A DNA stretch of 64,000 nt from the human T2T-CHM13v2.0 reference genome, Homo sapiens. The notes under the pieces are model-generated. The model was given only the letters and a program-made list of their open reading frames with translations, had not been told where the DNA came from and ran no database searches. Every line of letters starts with the position of its first letter. The first letter of the stretch is position 1. Location: assembly GCF_009914755.1 (NCBI RefSeq), contig NC_060940.1; one strand, given 5' to 3'. This document shows, piece after piece, positions 30,748 through 44,244 of this stretch. The translations under genes were made by a program, and so were the position numbers.

Positions 30748-31087
30748 TTTTTTATTATTTTTTTCTTTTTCTTTTATTTAGTTAGTTATTTCAGAGGCAG
30801 GCAGGCAAGTTATCACTCTGTCACCCAGGCTGGAGTGCAGTGTCATGATCATAACTCACCGTAACCTCAAACTCTTGGGCTCAAGTGATCCTCTTGCCTC
30901 AGCCTCCCAAGTAGCTGGGATTACAGGTGCATGCCACCATGCCCAGGGCTATTTTGTTTTTATTCTTTGTAGAGACAGGCTCTCACTATATTACCCAGGC
31001 TGGTCTCAAACTCCTGGGCTCAAGCAATCCTCCTGCCTTGACCTCACAAAGTGCTGGGATTACAGGCATGAGCTACCGCGCCTGGTC
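30748..31087 (-). mobile_element. AluJ
   Basis: TSD cag(t/a)gtttc at 30739-30747 and 31088-31096. Confidence 0.92.
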
Positions 31088-34000
31088 CAGAGTTTCCTTT
31101 TAAGGACATGAAAATGTTCTAAGTTGACTGTAGTAATGGTCACACATATCTCTAAATATACCAAAATTCACTTTAAATGGGTGAATTGTATGATATGTGA
31201 ATTATATCTCAATAAAGCTGTTTTTAAAAAGATATAAGCTGGGTTTGTTTGTTTTTATTTTTTTAAGAATCTAAAGATTTCTTATGAAAATCCAGCTTTC
31301 TGGCTTTTCTTTTAAAACCTCTGAAGATCTGGCAACTCTGGACCCAGCCAGAATTCTGGCAATTCATGGCCCAGCCAGCAGGAGCTGAGGGCCAGCCATC
31401 CCCTTTGCAAGGTCTGTGTCACCATCCACCACGGCCCCCTCACGTATCAGCCCACCTGGGCCACTAGCCTGCCTTGGGTGGGCCTTTGAGTTTGTGACCC
31501 TGGCAAGGTTTTCCCATTTGCAAAGGACTTTCACATTTGTAAGGAGTTCACACCTATGGCCTGGCAAGGCAGGAGAAGTTGGGGTTGGCAGGAGAAGAAG
31601 AATGACCCACGAACTCCCCTGAAGTCACACATGAAACCCTGTGTGTGTCCGAAAGAGAATCCACACAGTTCCACTGGATGCCCAAAGGCACCTGTGACTC
31701 AAAACAGGTTAAGAACTCCTCCAGCTCCACACCTCCAAGGCACCCCCACATCTTGACTCCAGATGAAGTGCTCCTTCCCCTGGGCTCACCATTAGCAGCC
31801 CCATTCACCAGCAAGTGGCATGAGTGGGCCTGCGCACTCCGCTCCCCACGCCCCCGCCTCCGGACTGCAGGATATTGCCATGAGCTGATCATTTCGCTCC
31901 TTTCCCTGCCAGGCAAGGCCAGGCTCTCCATCACTGTCAGGGCCCCCGCTCGAGGGCACAGAAGGAGCAAGCCTGGTTGTTTCTGGGGGCGGAGGGCCAC
32001 AGGGTCCCCACTGGCAGGGTGGCCAGGGGAGGCCAGGGGTGAGTGAAGACACAAACTGCGCATTCTGCTTCTTTATTGCAGTTCTCCATCACACACCCAA
32101 GGCTGGGAAAAGCAGGGGAGAGGAAGGCGCATGAAAAGCTTGCGCTCTGGGCCAAGAGGGCCCCCCAAGAAGAGGGGCTGCTCCATGCCTTACAGCTCTC
32201 CCTTCCTCCTGGTAAACTGCCCTCAGCCCAGGGACATTGGGGGCCTGTGAGCAGGACCACCTATGCCCTGCAGCCACCAGGCCTGTCTTGCCAGGGACCT
32301 TCCAGAAGTCCCCATAATGCCCTGCCTTCAGGTCCTGCTCAGCTCTCCACCTCCCGATGCCAAGTGGTGCAGAGGTGAAACCACAGGCTCTGGTTTCTGG
32401 AGGACTTGGGTTCGAGTCCCTGATCCACAGCTTGCCGACTGGGGACCGTGGATTCACTACTGTACAGCTCCAAGCTCTTTCCCTCATCTGTCAAATGAGG
32501 ATGGGGATTCTCAGTAGCAGTGCCAAGGATGGCCTGGGAGGTTTTGCTCCCCCATAATCTTCTTTGGCATCTGCTGCCATTCTCTGATGTGGCCAAGTGA
32601 CATTTTCTCAGTTTAATGAAAAGTATTAGACAAAAGCAGCTTTCACCAGGCCTTTGGCCCTGGTGTCAACCAGATGGCTGTCCCTAAACCAAGCCCACAG
32701 AGAAATTATGGAGCTGCTGCTGGAAGTGGCACCCACCTCACAGAGCTGTCACGATGGCTCAGCGAGATGCTGCAGGTAGAGTCTTCACTCAGTGCCTGGC
32801 ATGCACTAAGTAAGTGCTCAATAAATGTGACATCGCCCACGTCCAGGGCTACCTCCCACACTGACTTCCGCCTGCCACCCAGGCTTGGAGCCGTCTCACA
32901 CGCCCAGTGCTCAGGGAATAAAAGCTGACTTTAATAGCCCAATTCCAATAGAACTGGGAAGGAAAATTTACACATGCACAGCACAAACTATTAAAAAAAA
33001 GAAAAAAAAAGAAAAAACACCAGCAAAAATGAGCCAAAGAAAACAAAACAATTCCTGGCCTGGCTGTCTGGCTGTGGATTATCCACTGCCAGGGATGCTC
33101 TGCCCTCCCTCTCCCCATAGCTGAGCAGAGAATCCGAAACTGGCACCGTGGCGAGCCACGGCCATGGAGTCACAAGGAGTGTGCATCCTCCTACATGCAC
33201 GAGGCATGCTCAGCTCTTGCCTGGAAACTGGCAAATCCCACAGCTCCCACTACTCCCAGGCACCCCAGAGAGGCCCTAAGACTGGCTGCCCAACTATGGA
33301 ATTACAGAACTACAGAACCCAGTTCCCTAGCACCAACACCACCCTTGCCTTCTGCAAGCTGGGAGACACCTCACTGCCTAGGGGATGCAGCTGGGGTGCT
33401 TGACACCCCCCCTGCCCAGGGCTGTCTGTCTATAGCAATCACTGCCAGCACCCTCCTTGCACGCCACTGCTGTTCCCATCTGTCTGCATCACCTCCAGCC
33501 CCACCGGGAAAGCAGCTGGGAAGGAGGACCTTCTGTAGACAACACTGGGCTGAGTGCTTTCCTAGTTCAGGGGTTCCTACAGTGGGATCCTCTCTAGAGC
33601 GGGCAGCAAGCCTGAGCCCCTGCACCCCTCGTCTCTCAGGAGGACTACATGTCTGAGACACGGCGCCTTATGGCCTTGCTGTTTCCGCCAACCATGGGGA
33701 ACGCACTCCCCGCACAGAAGGAGACACACGGGGGGCTACACAGCCCCTTCCCCCAGCCTCCTATCTGCCCAGTGCTGACCCCAAGGCCTGTCCTAGTCCT
33801 GGACCCTCCTCCCTAGAATTTGAGCACCACTTACCACGTTGGCTTCAGACAAGGCCCCTCTCTATGGAGGAAGCCCCTGTCACCAAGGGCCAGGGCACCT
33901 GCAGCCACAACAGTGCCCAAGCCTGGGTCAACCAGGACCCTGGAGACTCTGCAGGCAGCATTAGCTCCTGCTGGAAAGGACACGGAACCAGGGGCCACAG

Positions 34001-34799
34001 GCTTGGGTTCAAGGGCTTAGTCTCCTTTCCCAAATTTCATTGAACCATCTTCAAGCTTCCCGCTGAGTCTCCGTATTCTGTACTATTAACACTTTCTTGT
34101 CAACTCAGTTTTTTCACTTAAATGAATTTAGCATCATCGTAAGTCACAAATGTCTATAATATCACACATTAGACACATAACCATGAAAACATTAAATGTT
34201 TATATACCTGATGCCTAACCGCGTTTCTGAAATACTGACCCAGAGCAAATCTCTCTTCCTGCTTCAGTTTCCACAACTAAAAGAGGAGAAGCTTGGACTG
34301 AATGTTCCCTCATAGGCCTCCTCAGGCCTTAGGATTCTGCAAGACTGAAGCAGCTCCAGCTCCCCCACAAATCCAGAAAAAGCTGGTCAGGATCCCAGGG
34401 CAGGCCTGGCCCAAGGCAGGGGAGGAGGACAAGGAAGGGGATCCCGGCGCCTGCCGGACAGGGAGCCAGGGGCATCACTGCCAAGAGAGGCCCTGGCTGC
34501 ATGAGGAGCAAACAGGAGAGCCTGGGCCCTCATTCAGGAGCTCCCAAAGACCTCTCAAAGCCAGTTCTAATCTCAGTACTCATGGGAAGGCTCCAAGCTA
34601 CAAAACTTCACAGTCAGAAAAACTTTACTCATCCACCTCTTTTTACAGCTAAGAAACAGAGGTACAGGAAAGAGCTTATGCGGGGATCCTGACTGTCACG
34701 TCACCCCCGACACCCCACGAGTCTGAGCTCCCTCTATTACCTCTCCCTGGAGGCATGAGCTCAGCTCTGCCAGCCCTGAGAATGCAGAGCAGCCCCTTC

Positions 34800-35120
34800 C
34801 AGGGAGGGAAAGAGGAATTCTGATGTAGACTGGAGTTTAAAAGTCCTATTAAAGTGGCTTTTATGCAATTAGATTGGAATGAATGTGCAGTGACGCCCAT
34901 AGCAGGGAGCTTCAAGGCTTGTGCAGTGGGAAAATCACTGCCCATCTGAACTGTAGCCACAAGAAGGAAATGTGGCCCTCGGGAGAATAAGGGAATATTA
35001 GTCTCCGTATGTAATAGATTTTATTGACCATATGGAACTGATATAAAAATCGTGTTGCATGGGGTAGTCTGGATTGGAGGCAGGAATGTGACACGAAGAA
35101 TATCATTTCCATAACCAGCT
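34800..35120. promoter_or_regulatory. Putative conserved non-coding element
   Basis: Repeat-free; ttttatgcaattagattgg, ttttattgaccatatgg (E-box CATATG). Confidence 0.45.
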
Positions 35121-36404
35121 GGGTGGCTTTCTGAGTTCCTGGGCCAGCCCCCAGGACCCCCTGCAACTCTTCCACCAGCCCCCGGGCATTTACCTGCTGC
35201 TGTCACGGAGGAATCCCAGGCCAGCGAGAAGTCTGAGGCCTCCCCCTCTTCAACTGAAAGAGAGAACAGAGATGGGCCTGTGAGTTTGAAGGCTGTACAA
35301 ATAGATCAGGTAAGGCACAGGGCGAGGAAGAAGGAACATTTGTGGGGGTCCTTATTATAATACCCATCACCAGGGGAGAGGGGGCAAAGCCTACAAAGAG
35401 GCCTTTATTGGTTTCACAGAGATGTAAAATGATCGGAATAAAACAGGAATAGCAAGCAAGTTAAGTGCTGGATCAGTTATGGTTTCCCCAGCCCTGTGCC
35501 CCTGGCAGACATCACTAATCAATCTCAGCACTGCCTCAAGAAACCAATAAGGTTGCTCTCAGAGATCAGCAAAGTGGTGAGTGCTCATGACCCTGCTGAG
35601 ACCTGACCCACAGATAGACCTCAGGACACGCTGAGGTCAACTCTCCCAATGACAGCACGTCTGAGCACTGCAACTCATGAGCTGACAACATCAGAAGGCA
35701 ACCAGCCTCCCCCCCATTCCACCCAGGACCCCACAGAACCAAGCTGGGCAGAGATAGGGTGTCCCCACCATCCCACACCCCAGGACATAAGCCCAGGCTG
35801 GTAGAGGCCATGCACTAGGAGAATATGGGAGAAACACTACACAGCATAACAACACTCTTGTCCTGGAATTAATCCCAGTCTGGGGCATGTAATAATATTA
35901 AAGCTGGGTTATGGACTTTGTAAATGGAACTTTGTTTAAGCCAAAAATGTGCATACACAGTATTTTTCAGATTTAATGGCCTTTCTAGCTCTGCATATGT
36001 GCAGGCTGAAGCCACCATGAACCACCCAGTTCTCTCTGCACTGTCGATGTTCTTGCTGGCACCACGTGGGTGCACACTGAGCCAGGCACTGTGCTGGGGC
36101 TTTGCAGCCATCACTGGGTTTCGTCTTCCTCAACGGACTCTCAGAGGGGTGTCTGAGGTCTTACAGGTAGTGAGAGCCACGAAGAGTTTGGGCTCAAACC
36201 CAGGGTTGTCTGTCTCCAAGGTTGCTTTGAAAACCACTGTTGACCGGGGTACAAAGGATGCTATCCAGAACCCTAGCAACTCAGGCTGGAGGGCAGTGAC
36301 CCCAACCCACCACATGGAAGGCATGTACAACACGCAGGCAGCCACCTTGCGAGTGGAGCAAGCAGGCTGGCTTGTGGTCAGAACCTGAGTTCTAGCGCAA
36401 GGCA

Positions 36405-36610
36405 CAGCCCACCTTCAAATCTCAGCTCTGCCTCTTACTAGCTGTATATGACCTGAGCAAATGATCTAACCTCTGGGTTTCTGTTTTCCCACTTCAAAAA
36501 TGGAGAAAATAACGGTACCTAAGCCATAGGGCTGCTGGGAGGATTAAATGGGATAACGTCTGTGCAGCATTGGGCACTGTGCCGGCACAGGGTAACTGCC
36601 CCCATAATAA
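36405..36610 (+). mobile_element. MIR
   Basis: ctcagctctgcctcttactagctgtatatgacctgagcaa...ggaggattaaatgggataa. Confidence 0.8.
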
Positions 36611-36889
36611 TGTCAGGGCTGTCATCTGCTAGAACAGTGGCCCAACCAACCGAGTGGGGGTCGATGCCACAACTCAAACAGTCCTGCTCTACGTGGTGCT
36701 CTACATGGTGCAATCTACCCCCTTGACTATGTAACCATGGTCTTCCTCCTCCCCAAAGCCTCACAGAATGGGTTTCTCTGAACCCTGAGAAACAGCACAT
36801 GCAAGAGGGAACATCCACGAGCAACTAGCCAAGGAATGCTAATGAAGTGTGCTCTCTTTTCCAAGCCCGCATCCTGAGAGTGGACAGGC

Positions 36890-37420
36890 AGGATCAAGAC
36901 AATGAAATGCACAGATAATTTGAGCTGGGACCCAAGCTATTGTTTTACTTAGCTAGTTACAGCTGGGGTGGGTTTTCAAATGTGCAGCTTTATAAATAGC
37001 AATCAAGACCTCGTGTCAGACAAAATTGATATTATTCACTAAAATGATTCCAACCAGACAGCCTCCAAAACATGGGTGGCTAATGCCTAAAGCCATCAGA
37101 AGCGGGCCATGCACGGAAGGAGCTGTTGTTAACAGCATTCAATGCTATGCCAAAAAATCAGTTTCCCTTACATTTCATCTTTTACTTACACGCACACATG
37201 TAAATATATGGTGCTTCTATTAAGAGACTGCTGCCAGTGTGCAAGGTTACCATGCTGCCATTTTGTTAGACACCTTCCACAAGGTCTCCATGGGTCCCTA
37301 AACCTTAAGAATGACGTAAAGGTATATGAGCTGATAAAGAGGTCAGATATGTTAAATTTGAAAGAAAAAGCACAAAAAATATGTTCAGCAGAATCCCTTT
37401 TGAGTGCATTAAAAAGACAT
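36890..37420. promoter_or_regulatory. Putative conserved non-coding element
   Basis: AT-rich unique block; ACAATG, MEF2-like ctttataaatag, YY1-like gccatttt. Confidence 0.45.
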
Positions 37421-37426
37421 GTCCAG

Positions 37427-37731
37427 GGCCGAACACAGTGGTTTATGCCTGTAATCTCAGCACTTTGGGAGGCCAAGGCAAGCAGATCACTTGAGGTCAG
37501 GAGTTCGAGGCCAGCTTGGCCAACATGGTGAAACCCCATCTCTACTAAAAATACAAAACTTAGCCAGGCATGGTGGTGCATGCCTGTAGTCTCAGCTACT
37601 CGGGAGGCTAAGGCAAGAGAATTGCCTGAACCTGGGAGCTGGAGACTGCAGTGAGCTGATACTGCACCACTGCTCTCAGCCTGGGCACAACAGAACGAGA
37701 CTCCATCTCAAAAAAAAAAAAAAAAAAAGAA
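37427..37731 (+). mobile_element. AluS (Sz-like) without a matching 3' TSD
   Basis: gatcacttgagg; followed by a copy of the 30673-30790 flank. Confidence 0.93.
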
Positions 37732-37848
37732 AGAAAGTGGATCGGTGGTTGCCTGGGGCTGGGAGGGGTAGGAAGGTAGGGGTGATAGCTAAGGATACAG
37801 AGTTTCTTTTTGATTTTTTTTTCTTTTTCTTTTATTGATTTAGTCATC
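37732..37848 (+). repeat. Dispersed duplicate of 30673-30790
   Basis: 75/80 identity over the L1MB-derived piece, continuing into the T-rich tail. Confidence 0.9.
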
Positions 37849-38477
37849 TGCAGGTATCAGGGCATTAATACATGACCCCAGTTCTCCTCTGACCTCTGTG
37901 CACCCAGGTATCAGGACAAATAGTCTGCACACTTACACCCACTCAAGGTGGTTTAGTTAAGAAGTGTGACCACCCAAGTCACTGAACTTGAGGATGCCCC
38001 AAAGATGTCAAGTCATCCTCTTAGGAAGATCTGGCCTCGGCCATAATGGGAAAGAGAACAGGGAAACACCCAACATTTTGGAGCTCTGGGGGAAATCAAA
38101 GCTCTGTGCTGGGTCCCAGAAGTCCAGACAGGCCTGCAGGGGTGGAAAGAGGAGGAAAGTGGCCCAGTGCTAACTGGCTGGGGAGGTCCAGAGTGGCAGA
38201 TCTCACTACAGGCTTCCTGGTCCCTCACTGCAAGCAGCCGCATGACACAATGCAGTCCCTGGAACCACATCCCTGTGTGGTGAGGGATCTGTGGGTCACC
38301 TTACTTACGACTTGGGTGTTAATGCGTTTTCCTACAACTGCAGGCACCACCCCACTCACATGCCCTCCTCTAGCCCATATTCTGTTTTTTGAAGGTAGAA
38401 GCACACCTTCAAAGGTGAATATGGGCTAGAGGATTCAAAAAACAGAAAAACAAAAACAGAATATGGGCTAGAGGATT

Positions 38478-38773
38478 GTTTTATGAGACAGGCTCATGCT
38501 CTGTTGTACAGGCTGGAGTGCAGTGGTGCGATCATAGCTCACTTCTCAGTCTTGACTTCCTGGGCTCAAGTGATCCTCCCACCGAAGCCTCCTGCATAGC
38601 TAAGACTATAAGCGTGTGCCACTTCATCTGGCTAATTTTTTTATTTTTATACTTTTTATAGAGACAAGGTCTTGCTATGTTGCTCAGGCTGGTCTCAAAC
38701 TCCTGGGCTCAAGTGATCTCCACCTCAGCCTCCCAAAGCACTGGGGTTACAGGCATGAGCCACCACGCCTGGT
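38478..38773 (-). mobile_element. AluJ with almost no tail
   Basis: J-type dimer. Confidence 0.9.
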
Positions 38774-39383
38774 TTTTATACATTCTTGATGAGAAAGAGT
38801 CAACACCCAACCCCCCACCACCCCCATAAGGCCCTGTGCTACCCAGCAATGAGTGTGAGGTTTTTTTCTCCCCACAGCTGCACTCTTCTGTCCAGACTGG
38901 ATCTCCAGCAATGGCATCACTAGCAGGGGCAGCAGGCACAGAGGAAGGAGGGCCCGTCTGCAGCTGGAGCTGGGGACAGGTGGCCCCAACCCACACTGGC
39001 AGCAGGCACTCTCTGGGGGCCCAAGCAGCGAGCCCCCGACATCCCTAAGAGGGAGTTCTGCTGCCGAGCCCCACTGCACACTGAAGACTCGCAGCTCAGA
39101 GAAACCCCAATCCGCACAGGGGCCGATAGGGACAACACACCAAAGGGGCTACTTGGCCGGCCCGCGGCGCCTCCTCCAGACGTCCCTAGCTCCATGTCTA
39201 GTTGTTTAATGTATACAATAATTGGCCCCACTGAAGCCAAGAGATACACACCCCACCCTACCCCACTTCAAGGGGAACACAGTACTCCTGTGGATGATGG
39301 GCATTTGTAAGGTAGGTGGGTGGCCAGGGTGTGCCCACACTGGAGGGTGCACAGGGTATACCGGCATAGGGACAGCACGTGAA

Positions 39384-39530
39384 GCAAGTGTGTGCACACA
39401 GAGAGGAGGCATGGGGGCAAGTGTGTGACACAGAGCAGAGGCATAGGGGCAAGTGTGTGACACAGAGCGGAGGCATGAGGGCAGGTGTATGCACACAAGG
39501 AGGGCATGCAGGGTGGATGTGAATACACAG
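39384..39530 (+). repeat. About 32-bp minisatellite, about 4 copies
   Basis: gcaagtgtgtgacacagagcggaggcatgggg-type units at 39384, 39417, 39449 and 39481. Confidence 0.85.
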
Positions 39531-39704
39531 GGAGGGGGCACATGGCAGAGCCCGATTCACCACGATGCTAATGAAGCCCCAGCTCCAGAGCCCTTTGCAA
39601 ACTCAAGCCCCTCTGCACACTGGGAGGGGTCCCAGCAGTGGGGTTCTGTAGCCCTACATGTTTTGTAACCTTTGCAAAGGAAAGATCTGTTACCTACTTA
39701 AGAC

Positions 39705-40071
39705 CTCTCTGTCTCTGTCTGTCTCTGTCTCTCTCTCTCTCTCTCTCTCTCACTCTCTGAGATGGGGTCTTTCTCTGTTGTCTAGGCTGGAGTGCAGTGG
39801 TGTGATCACAGCTCACTGCAGGCACAACCTCCTGGCTAAGGTGATTCTCCTGCCTCAGCCTCCCGAGCAGCTGGAGCCACAGGCACATGCCACCACGCCC
39901 GGTGGATTTTTGTAGTTTTTTTTGTTTGTTTTTGTTTTTGTTTTTTTTTTTTGTGGAGACAGGTTTTTGCCATGTTGCCCAGGCTGGTCTTGAACTCCTG
40001 ACCTCAAGCAACCCTCCCACCTTGGCCTCCTAAAGTGCTGGGGTTACAGGTGTGAGCCACTGCACCTAGCC
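39705..40071 (-). mobile_element. AluJ with (CT/CTGT)n tail
   Basis: Dimer with an expanded linker. Confidence 0.9.
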
Positions 40072-40586
40072 CACTTTTTCTATCTACTCCAAACTCTCTT
40101 CCATCCCATTTCCTCTCCTGTCGGTCACCTTGAGAATGGCCACAGGCATTTTGCACTCTTTGTCTCAAAGGACTCCCCCAGTTGTTTCAGCCATACAGCC
40201 CCCCACACAAGCTCTGTGCTGGGGCCAGGCAGTGGACTTCGAGTACCCTCTGTTCAAGCACACGTGCAGGCATGCACACGCTCATGTGTGAGATGCAGAA
40301 AGGCTCTGGAGTGGCCCAGGTCACATGGCCAGGCTGCAGCTGCCCACTCCTGCCCCATGGTCTACCAGCTCCTGCTCGTGATTCCCAGACCTGACCTTGC
40401 AGGGCAGCTTCCGGCTTAGCCCCTGCTAACCCGAACACCTCTCATTATTCCTTCCACCTATTGGTTTCCTAGGCTTTTATCTGCCTCCCTCACTAGGGCA
40501 TGGACAATGCCTGTCTTGTTCATTGTTGTATCCCAGTGCCTAGCTCAGTGCAAACATAGTAGCAGGTGCTCAACAAAAAACAAAAA

Positions 40587-40874
40587 TTTTATTTTTGGAA
40601 ACAGAGTCTCACTCTTGTCACCCAGGCTGGGGTACAATAGTGTGATCTCAGCTCACTGCAACCTCTGCCTCCCAAGCAATTCTCCTGCCTCAGCCTCCCG
40701 AGTAGCTGGGATTACAGGCGCTTATCACCATGCCCGGCTAAATTTTGTATTTGTAGTAGAAACGGGGCTTCACCATGTTAGCCAGACTGGTCTTGAACTC
40801 CTGACCTCAGGTTATCCACCTGCCTCAGCCTCCCAAAGTGCTGGGATTACAGGCATGAGTCACTGCACCCGGCC
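40587..40874 (-). mobile_element. AluS
   Basis: Full dimer next to an L2 3' end. Confidence 0.93.
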
Positions 40875-43630
40875 CAAATTTTTAATCAATAAGCACACAG
40901 GATGTGTGGTGACATCCCAGAGGGCCTGCAGCAGGGATGGGCTTTGTTCAGAACCAGGCAGTGGGCAAGGCAGCCACAGACACACCTGTCCCCTCCACGC
41001 CACCACTGTCCCCACCCCATCACACTAGAGTCACACCAGCTCTGGGAGCAGAAGGTCACACATGCCAATCCAGCTCCCTCATGGCACTCACACTTGCCCC
41101 GGCCTTGAGCACAAACCACTCCTGCCTGGGGTCAGGCAGGCACTGAACAGAAAACTCTGGCCACAGAATCCAGTTACAGAGTGGATGGAGCAGGGAGTTC
41201 TTCCTGCCCATGCAATGGGAATCATCATCGCTCATCAGAGATGGGATCCTTCCCAGGGCTGAGTGTGACCTCAACAATCAGGTGGCCCTGGAAGGGCCCA
41301 AGGGCACCACAGTAGCCCTGCGAGGAGCTCCTGCTAAAACACTTCACCGGACAGGGCCTTGGAGGCCCCGCCCCCACAGGGATGGAGGGGGCTACACAGG
41401 GAGGTAGGAACGGGCTCAATCTTAAGACTCCCAGCTGTCCTGGGATAATCCCCCCAAGCTGTGGAGACTGATGGGCAACGTCCAGCAGCCTCTGGACAAG
41501 GGCTGCTGCAGAAAGCCCTTCAAAGGAGCACCCGAACACATCCTGTTAAGAGAAAGGGTGTTTGCGGCCATCTCTGAAGTCCTGGGGGGCTTCCAGTTCC
41601 CTGTGTGAGTCAAGATCCTCAACAATGGACAAGAAGGGGCTCAAAGAGGCCAGAGGGCCCTTAGAGGGCGCCTGCTTGGTGGCAGCAGGTCTAAGACCAG
41701 CTCTCACTATTAACCATGGTTCCTGGGGTGCATTAAGAAGGATTCTGGGGCTCTGCCAGGGCTTCAGGCAGATCAGGACTCCACGTTGACTCTCAGCTCT
41801 GGGGTCAGAAGTTGTGGGAGGCTGATTGACGAATGGGAGTATAGAGCTCCCCCTAATGCTGTCGCCCCAACTCCACAGCAGGTGCATAAGTAGCTACAAC
41901 TCTCCTGCTCTGGGATTGGCCACAGCTCGTCCCCTGTGCACTAGCACAGGCCTTGCCACCACCGAGATCCCTTGTGTGCCAGGCCTCTGGATTTCGGATA
42001 TCCAGTGGCACAGAGCAAGTGGCACTAGGCAGACACCTGCATGCACCACCTCCTCCAGGTCACTTGCTCCTGGCCTGGAGAGTAATGCCCTCCACCCAGA
42101 GGGCTCCCCAACACCTCACAGAGGCAGAAGAGATGGAGCTGGAGAGGGAAACAGAAAGGGAAGGTGAAAGCTGGGCATGGGGTCTGGAAAAAGGGCCCAG
42201 AACACAGCAGTGGGGCCCAGACAGGGCTGGGGCCCTGCTCAGGAGTTTGTCAAAGTCAGGCAAGATGTGTTTTGGCAGAGAAGGTTCAGGTCAAAGGCAG
42301 GAAAGCTCGGGGGACAGATTCTGAGGCAGACAGTGGCAGGAGGTGAATGAGAGACAAACAGAGGCTAGTGCTGGTCCAAGGGTCAGAGGAGGCCTCTAGT
42401 AGGGCCAGGGAAGAACCCAGAATGCTCCTTTCTGAACTCCAAAATCCATGCTGGGGCCACTTGCTCAGCCTGGCTTGAAGGCTGGAAGAAGGCTCTGGGT
42501 GTGAGCTGCTGTGCACAGGCACAGAAGGGCACTGTTCTGGGGAAAGGATCCATAGATTTCATCAGAAGATCTAGAACCACCTCCACCCCCAAAATAACTT
42601 TAAGCACCCATAGACCAATGGCTCTCATTTGCAAAGTGTTCTCAGCTACTTTCCCCAAGGCCTTGGGAAACCTCCCCATGCTTTGCTGGCCCGTCCCACC
42701 CTTACAACATCCCATGCCTCCCCAGAGACATCCCTGTCCCAGCAGAGGTGGTGGCCAGGCAAGGGGCACGTGACTGCCCCTCCTTAGCTCAACCTTAGGG
42801 AAACCCTCTCACACACTGCAGGCCAAGGCCACAACAGGTAAAGGGGACAGCGAGAGACCCAAGTCTCATTGTCAAGCATGAAACAGAGCATCACTGCTTC
42901 TGACTTACTACTGAGCAACCTCCAGGAATGGAAAAGCATAGACCAGGCAGGGAGGCCAAGCAGGTAGAGCGGTATAGGCCAAGCACTGCACAGAAGGCCA
43001 AGCAAAGGTGGCGAGAAAGAGCTGAAATGTGACCCACACTCTGTCTACCCAGCACTGTGTCCTGGTGCAGGGCTGTGAATGCCCAGAGAAAGGGGTGCCC
43101 ATTCCTTTGCACAAAAGCATAGCCAATCACTTTTCTACAGCCCAAGATCATCTTTGGCATCACGCTCCTAGGTCAAATGACCAGGGTCAAGTGCAGACAA
43201 ACCCAACGAGGAAGCCCACATCCTCCAGGCTCCTTTCAGGTGGCGATGTGTTCAGGCAGTGGGTGGGGTGGGGGTGATTGCATGCAAAAGCCAAGGCTCC
43301 CTGCAGCTAAAGCTAAAACCACCCAACACCTCCACTGACAGGCCCCTTGGCACCAAGTTCAGACCATCAGAAAAGCCACGATATGACAGTCACATCACAA
43401 TCACCTTTGTTTAACTCCCGTGATTCACCCTGACCACTTGCTGAAAAGAGAACAAGCTGTTTCAACAGCACAGGTAAGATCGCCTGCCATTATGCCCTGA
43501 AGTGAGAGTGAAAGGGACAGGACCCTCTGGCTCTGTCTCATGGGTCTCTCTGTCCACACCCTGCCCCCCAATATATGGGCATCTCACCAAAAGGAGGCTG
43601 GGTCTAGTATTTAAAGAAACCGATTTTTTA

Positions 43631-44244
<614 letters not shown>

